64,000 nucleotides of DNA, from NCBI GenBank assembly GCA_051546255.1, contig CP128816.1, positions 1,550,001-1,614,000 on the forward strand. The letters are read 5' to 3'. Both the position numbers and the translations under genes were made by a program. Shown here in pieces: positions 32,435 through 41,873 of this stretch (its first letter is position 1; the number at the start of each line of letters is the position of its first letter). The notes beneath the pieces are model-generated. The model was not told where the DNA came from. It made no database searches and worked only from the letters and a program-made list of their open reading frames with translations. This DNA is from Meyerozyma guilliermondii (taxonomy: Eukaryota).

Positions 32435-33100
32435 ATGTGGCGTATTCGACCATTTGTGCGAAACCCCGTCTTCGGGCGGTACGGAACCTCGGTTTTGAGG
32501 TCTCCTCGTAGTAACATATACATGAAGCGCTTCAATTCTACTCAAGCTAAACCACAGAAGAAGCCCAGCGGTATTAAAGCACTCATGAAAGAATATGGAT
32601 ACGCGGGATTGGGTGTTTATTTGGCCCTCACGGCCATTGATCTTCCCATATTCTACGTTTTGGTCCACTCTATGGGCCAAGAAGAGATTGAGTTCTATGA
32701 AAATAAAGTTAAACAAAAATTCGGCTACGGAGTGAGCGATGAAGAACTCAAAAAGAGACAAGAAATCAACAAGATTCATGAAGAAATGGAGTCCGACAAT
32801 ATTCCCAAGCCAAAAAATGAATCCTTATGGTCGACTCTTCGCAATCTGTTCTCGTGGACCGAGTTTGCTATAGCCTATGGTATTCATAAATCGTTCATTT
32901 TCGTTAGACTTCCCATCGCAGCTGCTATCACCCCGGGAATTGTGAAGACTTTAAGAAAGTGGGGCTTCCGTATTGGCACTGATAAACTTGCCACTACAGC
33001 AAACATTGCCAAGGAAGGCATCAAGGACTTTACTGCCGCCAATCCCAAGTTCGGCACCAGACCCAATGGTAAGAAGAGATGGTTTAGTTGGTTCTTTTGA
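32435..33100 (+). CDS. NAT2: Nat2/DUF1279 (FAM210-like) mitochondrial protein
   Basis: GIKALMKEYGY..LGVY..L..IDLP and TEFAIAYGIHKSFIFVRLP..AAITP. Confidence 0.85.
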   Translation: MWRIRPFVRNPVFGRYGTSVLRSPRSNIYMKRFNSTQAKPQKKPSGIKALMKEYGYAGLGVYLALTAIDLPIFYVLVHSMGQEEIEFYENKVKQKFGYGVSDEELKKRQEINKIHEEMESDNIPKPKNESLWSTLRNLFSWTEFAIAYGIHKSFIFVRLPIAAAITPGIVKTLRKWGFRIGTDKLATTANIAKEGIKDFTAANPKFGTRPNGKKRWFSWFF

Positions 33101-33141
33101 AGTGGTACATTTCTAATAAATATATGTATATAGGTCTATTT

Positions 33142-34305
33142 TCAAATCCCCAAGAATGCTTTGCTCCGCTCATATACAAAAAATGAGCATGCCACCATGG
33201 GAATCACTTTCATGTATCCAATCGTCAATCCAACAAAATATCCTTTCAATCCACTCTCCCGGAAAATCAACCGAGTCGTTTCTTTAAACGAAAGAAATTG
33301 TCCCTGGTTGATTGCACCTCCCACCTGCATTCTTCTACGAATCACCTCAAATGGGTATGCCGCAGTTTGAGAACACATTCCTGCAAGTCCACCAGCTATC
33401 AACTGGGCATAGGCTCGGAGTGGTTTCCTTGAATCTCTCGAATTCACCTCGTTTTTGTTCGAGGATTTTCGAATTATATTGGAAGATTTGTCTGAAGATC
33501 CCAGAACAGCCCAGCTAGCCAAATAACGAGAACGGAAAATGTCATGAATGAGGTCATGAGTGAAGAATGATACCCCAGCGTATGGTATCATGCCAAGGAT
33601 AGTGGGGGCGAAACCTCTATAAAAGTTCGAAATGGAAACGAGTGGTTGTGGAAGTGTATTTCTCATGAACTTTAACCATTTTGGATCATTGGCTCTCCTA
33701 GCTGGAATCTCAGCAAATATGTCTTGGATCGTACAGATAAGTTTACCACGACGAAGGGTCAAGTGGTTGTGGCCCCGTGTATGAACATGTTTTGTTTCGA
33801 ATGCCATTCTTATTCTGATCAAATCCAATGGATAAGTCAAAAACACCGATCCCAACCCAGAAAGTGAACCGGTCATGAACCGACGAAATCCCGTCTCGTA
33901 TGCATCATGTGGTATCAATATTGCTCTTATTTGCTCGTAACTCACAAATTTGATAGCAGCATATGGAAACATTCGTAATAAAGTTACTGAGTGTCCTTGA
34001 AAAAGGCCAAGAATTCCATCGTTTTTCCATATTGATTTCCCAGCCATGTAGAAGCCGGAGAACGTGCCTCGATACTTCAAAAAGTCTGGATTTGACGTTT
34101 GAAATAAAATCTTTATTCGATCAAGAGGAGCAATGAGGGTTTTGGCGGCACTGCCAGCCACTCCACCGGCTATTCCTGAGCGCACGATGTACTCCACCGA
34201 TTGTTTGTCGATAATCTTCACCTTTTTTGAGTCCCCGTCATTGGTAGATGCTCTCTGTCGAATTAGACTGCCATCTAGTGACAGAGATATCGGTTTTTCT
34301 GACAT
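33142..34305 (-). CDS. LEU5: Mitochondrial coenzyme A carrier
   Basis: Three Px[DE]xx[KR] carrier repeats, APLDRIKILFQT, QGHSVTLLR.FPYAAIKF; ATG 34305. Confidence 0.9.
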   Translation of the reverse strand: MSEKPISLSLDGSLIRQRASTNDGDSKKVKIIDKQSVEYIVRSGIAGGVAGSAAKTLIAPLDRIKILFQTSNPDFLKYRGTFSGFYMAGKSIWKNDGILGLFQGHSVTLLRMFPYAAIKFVSYEQIRAILIPHDAYETGFRRFMTGSLSGLGSVFLTYPLDLIRIRMAFETKHVHTRGHNHLTLRRGKLICTIQDIFAEIPARRANDPKWLKFMRNTLPQPLVSISNFYRGFAPTILGMIPYAGVSFFTHDLIHDIFRSRYLASWAVLGSSDKSSNIIRKSSNKNEVNSRDSRKPLRAYAQLIAGGLAGMCSQTAAYPFEVIRRRMQVGGAINQGQFLSFKETTRLIFRESGLKGYFVGLTIGYMKVIPMVACSFFVYERSKAFLGI

Positions 34306-34659
34306 TTTCCCGAGGCTAGAGTAGAATTTTTGACACTTCAAGGTATCCACTATATTCCCAAAACGTCAGGAAAGGATACTAGGGTCCTAGAATGCAATAT
34401 TTTGTTGTTTAAAAACAGGCGGTAACTATGCGGTATGTGTGATTTAAGTTGTGATGTCGGCGGCGTGTTAGTTGGTGATGAGAATATGGGGTTGGCCCGT
34501 CCCCCTGCAGGACATTTTGTACGGAGTTGGTGTGGTTGGTCAGACGAGTTGAAGCATGAGCAGAGGTGATTGCGGTTGATTAATGGTCGGTATATTACAT
34601 TTCACTATGTATTAGGTCAATTCAAAGATTTAAACTGCCTTTCGAGAGACTAAAGTGGC

Positions 34660-35922
34660 TTAGTGTCCTGGGCCATGAGGTCGATACCCGGAGGTTCTGT
34701 CTTTGTGGTAATTGGAAGGTGATCTACCTCTTACAATCAATGGGGGTGTTTCGATTGATGATAGAAGTATGGGCTGAATCTGAGAATCTTCGTCCTCGAT
34801 GATTCCCAATAATTCGACGTGGAGAGTGAAGTATCGCGAATTGACCGAGGTTGATTTGATCCGAATCGAAGACGAAAATTGGATACGTTCAAAACGAGCG
34901 ACTCTCGCTATCGAGTCACTTGGATAGTTCTTGAGCACGGAATTGTCTTTTAATGCATTCAAGTTGGCATTGTGATAGTATTCGGCTCGATCAAAGTAAA
35001 AGATTTTGTTCATGTTTTCAATTTTCCCATTGTTGCGCTTGTTGCAAGAAGCACGTACTGTAGAGTGATCTGGGAGGTTTCCAGGAACAGCTGGGTATAT
35101 TGGTGGGGGGAATTGAGGGCCCTTGTCCCGCTTTGGAGTGTGTTGAATTAAACTGATAGAGACGTCATCGTCTGAACATTTAGCAACAAGTCTAATGGCA
35201 AAGTAGCTGATTTCAACCTTGTTTTCACCAACAGATGATCTTGACAGTTTCTCATACGTGTAGAATTTGTTGTGTAAAAAACGTTCGAAATCAAAGTTCT
35301 CGAATGTGAAACTGGAAACTAGGGTAAAGTAGTTTCTTTTGTAACCTATCCAGGTTCCAGTCTCCCCCATTTCGAATCCTCGATCTATACGTGCTCCTAG
35401 TATAGGATTCACATCCATGTCATTACTCTTGCAATATATGTCTTGGTGGTGTCTTGTCTCTGAAAACTGTGGTCCCACTTTGAAAAGGTCGCTAGAGCGT
35501 GGAGCAACTTTACGGCTGGTAGCTTCGAGAAGGTCTGCCTCATTGGCTTGTGCTAGCATTTCAAGGTGGTGGTGACTATGGTTGAGCTGGCTCAATGGGT
35601 GTTGCAACTGTTGTGCTAACGAATGTTGTGCCAATTGGTGTTGCGACAATTGACTTATTTGAGCGTTCAAATGGTCCTGATCATGGTGTACATGTGGATG
35701 GTGATGCTCTGCTAGCTGATGGGCGTGGTGCTGCTCTGCTAGTGTGTGTGAGTGGTGCTGGTGCAGCTGGTGATGGGCATGAGGCTGCAAATGGTGATCA
35801 TGAGAAACATACGAATGAAGAGTATCCTCAACTTTCAAAGGAAGGTGGCCAACAGAATTGGCAGCCGCAACTGCCGCGGCCGTAGTAGCATCGTCGGGGA
35901 TATGGTCGCCCAGTAAGTTCAT
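34660..35922 (-). CDS. NDT80: Ndt80-family transcription factor with His/Gln-rich N-terminus
   Basis: ARIDRGF, WIGYKRNYFTL, QHTPKRDKGPQ, VARFERIQF, PLIVRGRSPSNY. Confidence 0.9.
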   Translation of the reverse strand: MNLLGDHIPDDATTAAAVAAANSVGHLPLKVEDTLHSYVSHDHHLQPHAHHQLHQHHSHTLAEQHHAHQLAEHHHPHVHHDQDHLNAQISQLSQHQLAQHSLAQQLQHPLSQLNHSHHHLEMLAQANEADLLEATSRKVAPRSSDLFKVGPQFSETRHHQDIYCKSNDMDVNPILGARIDRGFEMGETGTWIGYKRNYFTLVSSFTFENFDFERFLHNKFYTYEKLSRSSVGENKVEISYFAIRLVAKCSDDDVSISLIQHTPKRDKGPQFPPPIYPAVPGNLPDHSTVRASCNKRNNGKIENMNKIFYFDRAEYYHNANLNALKDNSVLKNYPSDSIARVARFERIQFSSSIRIKSTSVNSRYFTLHVELLGIIEDEDSQIQPILLSSIETPPLIVRGRSPSNYHKDRTSGYRPHGPGH

Positions 35923-36215
35923 TATTTTAGCAATTAAAGTCCAATGTTATTGATAGAAGCGTTGGCGATGACGAGAAAAATTTTTTCTAGAGTTAATGAT
36001 AGCCAGCTTCTTGGTAAGAGTAGCCGTGTAAGTTGCTTTTATGATGGAGGTAATTTTGCAAGAATATGTGACCTTGATTGCAGCCTCAACCTGCAACCAA
36101 ACGAAACCTAGTTTTGTGCTATGTTCCTTATCAAGAAATGAGGAGTTTGTGTAATTTTAAAAAGAGTGCGCGACGAAACCTGAGATAGTATTTGGAGAGA
36201 GAAAAAGCAAGAAGC

Positions 36216-36288
36216 GCCTTTATGGCCAAGTTGGTAAGGCACCTCACTAGTAATGAGGAGATCGTCAGTTCGAATCTGGCTGAAGGCA
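36216..36288 (+). tRNA. tRNA-Thr(AGT)
   Basis: Acceptor stem GCCTTTA/TGAAGGC, anticodon arm CCTCA-CT AGT AA-TGAGG, GTTCGAATC T-arm, oligo-T Pol III terminator immediately after. Confidence 0.96.
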
Positions 36289-36630
36289 TTTTTTTTATTT
36301 TTGAAATTTTTACCGGAGTAACAAATTTGAGGCTAAACAATGATGTTTATAGCTGACATCGGTCAGCTCGAGGGTTACAAGGGTCTCTTTATACTTAATT
36401 GGAGAAAGGGTATGAATGAGTGTTATTTGGCCTTGATATACCAAATGTGTAATATGCAGTATTGCAACCTTTTTCGCAGCCAACTCGAACCACAAACAGC
36501 TCTGCTTACCTCTATCACAAGAAACGGGAGTTTTTCAAGAGTTTAGAACCAGTGAGATAGTTGAAGAAGTACTTGTCACTTCAAATCTTTTTCAATTTTA
36601 TTTTGTTACAAATTTTCACAATTTTGCAAA

Positions 36631-39600
36631 ATGAGCTTAAATCTGGATCTCGACTCATTCCTTACCTGTCCAGGCTATGAAACTTTACCGGTTGAAGATG
36701 AACGTATTTTATCAGATGATGATATAGTCGAAATCTTCAACACAGTAGGAGATGTGTTCATCTTTCAGGGAGATAATGTGAGAAATGTGTACGATCTCTT
36801 CATGTCCCAACTAAACTCTCGCGCTAGCAGGTCTTCTTTTTACGTTGCTTTGACTACAATACATCGAGACTACGTTGGAACCTCTTCAAACTACAGGAAA
36901 TGGCTCAAGGCAGCTTGCAAACAAGATGGGAGTGATGGGCCCGAAAGGATAATTAAAAACGAAAACATTAATACAGCTTGCAAGATGTACGTAACTGAAG
37001 TTGCCTTGTACCTCTTAATATGGGGAGAAGCCAGCAATATCAGATTCATGCCAGAATGCATTTGCTTCATTTACAAGTGCTGTCTCGACTACTATATGGC
37101 AGAGGACAGGATCACGATTGCAAAACCATTTCTTGACCACACGATTGTACCTTTGTTTGAATTCTTGAGGGAACAACAATACAAACTAAAAGACGGAAAC
37201 TGGATTCGGAGAAGGCGGGACCATGCTCGTATCATAGGATACGACGATATGAATCTGTTTTTCTGGTATAATGAAAACCTCCAGAAATTAGTGGTCGATT
37301 CGGGCAGGCTCTATGATATGGCTGCACTGGACCGATACCCATGCTTTGACAAAATTGATTGGAACAAAGCTTTCTTCAAATCCTACAGGGAAGTACGCAC
37401 CTGGTCTCACCTTTTGACCAACTTCAGTAGGGTATGGATTACACACTTGACAATGTTCTGGTACTTTACCAGTTGCAATTCACTCTCATTGTACACAAAA
37501 GAATACAGCCCAGAGTACGACAACACGCCTCCACCTCATGTTATTTGGTCAGTGGTTTCATTAGGTGGAGTATTAGCATCGACAATTGCCCTTGTGAGTT
37601 GCATGATGGAACTTAGATTCGTACCAAGAAAGTTTCCAGGAGCGCCATCTGTATTGGGAAGAAGTTTACTTCTCATGGCTCTTCTGGCCTTGAATCTTGG
37701 ACCGTCCTTTTATCTTTTGTGGATATTGCCTGCTGATGTCTATTCAAGGTCGGGTCACCTAATAGGGATCATTCAGTTTGGGATTTCTGCTGCCACTTTC
37801 CTATACCTAGTGCTTGTTCCTCCCGCACAATACTTCTCTTGCATACTTCCATCCCAGCCCAATTCACATCATGCTTTTACTTCAGACTTCCAAAAACTCC
37901 CCACGAGAACCAAGGCAGTTTCTGCTTCACTATGGGTTCTGGTATTCACCTTGAAATTCTTGGAGTCGTATTTTTTCTTGACATTATCTGTCAAGGATCC
38001 AGTCAAGGTTCTATCCCATTTGAGAATGACTAGGTGTCATGGTGATTCCATATTGGGTACACTTTCGTGCCGTTATCAGCCCACAATAACGCTTGCGTTT
38101 ATATTCGTCACTGATTTGGTACTTTTCTTCCTTGATACGTACTTGTGGTACGTTCTCTGCACTTGCATGCTTTCCATAGTAATTGCCATAAAGAATGGCA
38201 ATTCTATATTTACGCTGTGGAAGTCGGTGTTTTCCCAGCTACCGGAAAGGTTGATATCCAAAACAGTCAACGTTGACAGCGTGGGAGACGCAATAGTGGC
38301 AGCCAGCCACATGTGGAATGCTATTGTGTACTCCATGTATCGAGACCACTTGATATCAGTTGACCAAGCCTCAGCATTAATGTATCAACTCCCCGATACG
38401 GACTTTGTTCAAAGTTCAGCTGATGTTAAGGCACCTATTAACTTCTTCAGTCACAATCATGCTATCCACTCGGATGAATACTTTCCTCAATTAGGTGAAG
38501 CAAAGAGACGAATCTCATATTTTGCACAATCGTTAAGTTCGCCTCTCTGTAACGCAGATTTCACCACAGACGCTTGTCCAGCATTCACCGTATTGATCCC
38601 ACACTATTCAGAAAGTATACTTCTTAGCATCGAAGAGGTGATCAGAAGATCTAAGCAAACCCAGATCACCTTGCTTGACTACCTCAAGAGTTTACTGAGC
38701 TCGGACTGGACGAATTTCGTTCGAGACACTAGAGTCGCTGACGATGAAAAGTTCGGTTGTAGGTTTCCAATTCCTCTAACTTCGGAAGGTACAACAGACT
38801 ATGATAATTTGCCTTATGAGTATTACGGTTTCAAATTCGCAGACCCGGAAAGTACTTTAAGAACAAGGATATGGGCATCCTTACGCTCTCAAACTTTATA
38901 CCGAACAGTTTCCGGCTTCATGAATTATAGACATGCGCTTGCCGAATTATACAAAGCGGAGCACGAAGATTGCATCAACCACATTCATCATTTGACTTTT
39001 GAAGACGAATTGAAAGCACTCATAGAATCTAAATTTACATTGCTAGTGTCGATACAACGACACAGCAAATTCTCAGAGTCAGAAATGCAATCGTTCGAAA
39101 TCATGGCTCAAAATTTCCCCACAATGAAAATATCAGTTCTCGAGGAGATCAAAGAGGGCGACAAACTGGTTCATTATTGCTCACTATTGGACTTGGCCAA
39201 AAAAGACGAAAGTAGCCAATATGGCAGAAAATTCAAAATCAGGCTTCCTGGGTATCCTATTTTGGGAGACGGCAAGTCTGACAATCAGAACACAAGTGCA
39301 GTGTTCTATCGAGGAGAGTACATTCAAGTCGTAGATTCCAACCAAGACAACTACTTGGAAGAATGTTTGAAAATCAAGTCAATGTTGTCTGAGTTTGAGG
39401 AGCTAAATTTGGCACCAGTAAGAGGAACATCCATGACCAGACCTCCAGTTGCAATTGTTGGCGCTCGAGAGTATATCTTTTCGGAGCAAGTTGGCGCCCT
39501 TGGAGATATCGCAGCAGGTAAAGAACAAACTTTCGGAACTATGTTTGGTCGAGCACTAGCTTTCATGGAAGGCAAGTTACATTATGGCCATCCCGATTTC

Positions 39601-41601
39601 GTAAACGGGATCTTCATGTGCACTAGAGGCGGACTTTCCAAGGCGCAACGTTCACTTCATTTGAATGAGGACATTTATGCTGGCATGAATGCAATTGCTC
39701 GTGGAGGAAGAATAAAGCATGCCGACTATTTTCAGTGTGGAAAAGGCCGTGATTTGGGGTTCAATACAATCTTGAACTTTACTAGCAAAATCGGGGCAGG
39801 CATGGCTGAACAAACGCTATCTCGTGAGCAGTTTTATTTTGGAACTCGGTTACCTACCGATCGCTTGTTTTCCTTCTTTTATGCACATGTTGGGTTTCAC
39901 ATTAACAATGTGCTCATAATACTCTCGATTCATTTATTCCTGATATTCCTCTTTAACATAGGAAGTCTTCGAAATGAGAGCATTGTCTGTGATACCACAA
40001 GTGGACTCACTGAGCCTACTCCCATAGGCTGTTACAATATCAAGCCAGCAATTGATTGGATCAGTCGCTACGTTCTTTCAGTCATAATATGTTTCTTTCT
40101 CTCGTTCACGCCATTGGTGATGCAAGAGTTTATTGAACGAGGAGTGTTGAAAACCGCTAAAAGAATCTTTTTCCACTTAATTTCACTTTCGCCGTTATTC
40201 GAAGTATTTGTTTGTCAAGTATACGCAAGTGCATTCGTGGATAATCGGTCGTATGGTGGTGCCAGATACATTAGCACTGGCAGAGGATATGCCATATCTC
40301 GAATTTCTTTCGCCACGCTTTATTCGAGGTACGCATCGTTATCAATTTATTGGGGCTCACGCTTAAGTTTGATAATCATCTTTGCGTGCAGCACAGTATG
40401 GCAGATATCCTTGTTGTGGTTTTGGATCACTTGCTTATCCTTGTGCCTTTCACCGTTCATTTTTAATCCACATCAATTTGACCGAACGGAGTTCTTCCTT
40501 GATTATAGAGAGTACCTTAGATGGCTTGGGAGAGGGAACTTTTCTCGATGCCGTAACTCTTGGGTCCGCCACGTTCGGTTTCAAATAATAAAGCTGACTG
40601 GGCTCAAAGGACCTGGAAGTAACGAGCTGGAAGACTTAGTTCACCCAATCTCCAAGTTCAGGTTCGCTATATGGAATTTGGCCAAGGCTATTCTCAACGT
40701 TTTGAGCTTCTTGGCTCCGTACATGTTCTTGAACTCACAAAATGGAGTAGCTGAGCCATCAAAAGTCAATCCTTTGATGCGGGTAGCTGTGATCGTTGCA
40801 ATCCCACTAATCAGCAACATCATAATATTAGTTGTGCTCTTTGGTATCTCCATTCTTCTAGGATCTATGATAAGAAACAAGCGTTTCGCGGATACTATTG
40901 CAGCAGTTGCTCATATCTGGTCAATCTTGGCACATGTAATTGTCATCGAAATAACCTGGTACATCCATTCATGGAATCTTCCACGCAGTTTGGCGTGTAT
41001 CTGTCTTGTGATCACCATTCAGCGGTACTTGATGAAGCTTGTGCTAAGTATGTGTATTTCCAAAGAGTCAGACAGGTTGGAAGCCAATTCTGCTTGGTGG
41101 TCAGGGCGATGGATTCAACACCATCTAGGATGGCACATCTTATCGCAGCCATTCCGAGAATTAGGATTGAAGTTAGTCGAGCTAAACTTCTTTGCATTTG
41201 ACTTTCTTCTAGGGCATGTCTTGTTTTGCTGCTTGAGCACCATGCTCTTTATCCCGTATATTGGTCAATTACACTCGTTGATGATGTTTTGGTTTGTTCG
41301 TCACAACTCATTGAATGTGAGTGGAACACAGCACTTGCATAGTCGACAAAGGAAGCGCCAACGAAAACAGGCGTGGAGATATTTTTTCGTATTCATTGGA
41401 ATCCTAGTGGGCATATCAGCATTACTTGTTGCTCCGTATCTTTTGAGAAAATACTGGGAATTCTTGGATAAGTCGATTCCTACCTTTGCGCAGCCATTGT
41501 TCCAGCCTAGCAACCAGGATCAAAATGATACAGGACCCAGAGCACCTTCGAGCTTCTGGAGCAAAAAACCACCTCCAGCAACATGGTCTACCATATGGTG
41601 A
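36631..41601 (+). CDS. 1,3-beta-glucan synthase catalytic subunit, divergent FKS paralog (GSL/FKS2-3-like)
   Basis: LYLLIWGEA.N.RFMPEC, RIWASLRSQTLYRT, GDGKSDNQN, HYGHPDF, LHLNEDIYAG, QCGKGRDLG; lacks the long Fks1 N-terminal extension. Confidence 0.93.
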   Translation: MSLNLDLDSFLTCPGYETLPVEDERILSDDDIVEIFNTVGDVFIFQGDNVRNVYDLFMSQLNSRASRSSFYVALTTIHRDYVGTSSNYRKWLKAACKQDGSDGPERIIKNENINTACKMYVTEVALYLLIWGEASNIRFMPECICFIYKCCLDYYMAEDRITIAKPFLDHTIVPLFEFLREQQYKLKDGNWIRRRRDHARIIGYDDMNLFFWYNENLQKLVVDSGRLYDMAALDRYPCFDKIDWNKAFFKSYREVRTWSHLLTNFSRVWITHLTMFWYFTSCNSLSLYTKEYSPEYDNTPPPHVIWSVVSLGGVLASTIALVSCMMELRFVPRKFPGAPSVLGRSLLLMALLALNLGPSFYLLWILPADVYSRSGHLIGIIQFGISAATFLYLVLVPPAQYFSCILPSQPNSHHAFTSDFQKLPTRTKAVSASLWVLVFTLKFLESYFFLTLSVKDPVKVLSHLRMTRCHGDSILGTLSCRYQPTITLAFIFVTDLVLFFLDTYLWYVLCTCMLSIVIAIKNGNSIFTLWKSVFSQLPERLISKTVNVDSVGDAIVAASHMWNAIVYSMYRDHLISVDQASALMYQLPDTDFVQSSADVKAPINFFSHNHAIHSDEYFPQLGEAKRRISYFAQSLSSPLCNADFTTDACPAFTVLIPHYSESILLSIEEVIRRSKQTQITLLDYLKSLLSSDWTNFVRDTRVADDEKFGCRFPIPLTSEGTTDYDNLPYEYYGFKFADPESTLRTRIWASLRSQTLYRTVSGFMNYRHALAELYKAEHEDCINHIHHLTFEDELKALIESKFTLLVSIQRHSKFSESEMQSFEIMAQNFPTMKISVLEEIKEGDKLVHYCSLLDLAKKDESSQYGRKFKIRLPGYPILGDGKSDNQNTSAVFYRGEYIQVVDSNQDNYLEECLKIKSMLSEFEELNLAPVRGTSMTRPPVAIVGAREYIFSEQVGALGDIAAGKEQTFGTMFGRALAFMEGKLHYGHPDFVNGIFMCTRGGLSKAQRSLHLNEDIYAGMNAIARGGRIKHADYFQCGKGRDLGFNTILNFTSKIGAGMAEQTLSREQFYFGTRLPTDRLFSFFYAHVGFHINNVLIILSIHLFLIFLFNIGSLRNESIVCDTTSGLTEPTPIGCYNIKPAIDWISRYVLSVIICFFLSFTPLVMQEFIERGVLKTAKRIFFHLISLSPLFEVFVCQVYASAFVDNRSYGGARYISTGRGYAISRISFATLYSRYASLSIYWGSRLSLIIIFACSTVWQISLLWFWITCLSLCLSPFIFNPHQFDRTEFFLDYREYLRWLGRGNFSRCRNSWVRHVRFQIIKLTGLKGPGSNELEDLVHPISKFRFAIWNLAKAILNVLSFLAPYMFLNSQNGVAEPSKVNPLMRVAVIVAIPLISNIIILVVLFGISILLGSMIRNKRFADTIAAVAHIWSILAHVIVIEITWYIHSWNLPRSLACICLVITIQRYLMKLVLSMCISKESDRLEANSAWWSGRWIQHHLGWHILSQPFRELGLKLVELNFFAFDFLLGHVLFCCLSTMLFIPYIGQLHSLMMFWFVRHNSLNVSGTQHLHSRQRKRQRKQAWRYFFVFIGILVGISALLVAPYLLRKYWEFLDKSIPTFAQPLFQPSNQDQNDTGPRAPSSFWSKKPPPATWSTIW

Positions 41602-41873
41602 GACTCATTTGAAAAGTTTGGAGATTAAAGCATTCTGTAAGGGTTGGCAACTTTCATACTTTTAATTGAATGAGGTCAATCGTAGCTACTCAATAAGTGA
41701 TTTCATTACAATTAATAGACACAAGCTCCAGGTAGCTGTACATGTTTATTCTTGAGGATCTTTACTTGTTTTCGACTTTATCTGATGTAGCGTCTTAGCA
41801 AATCAAGTACCTGGCTGTTTACAAAAAACGCGAAATCAACATTTCTTGATCCCAACCCCACAATCTTACACAT

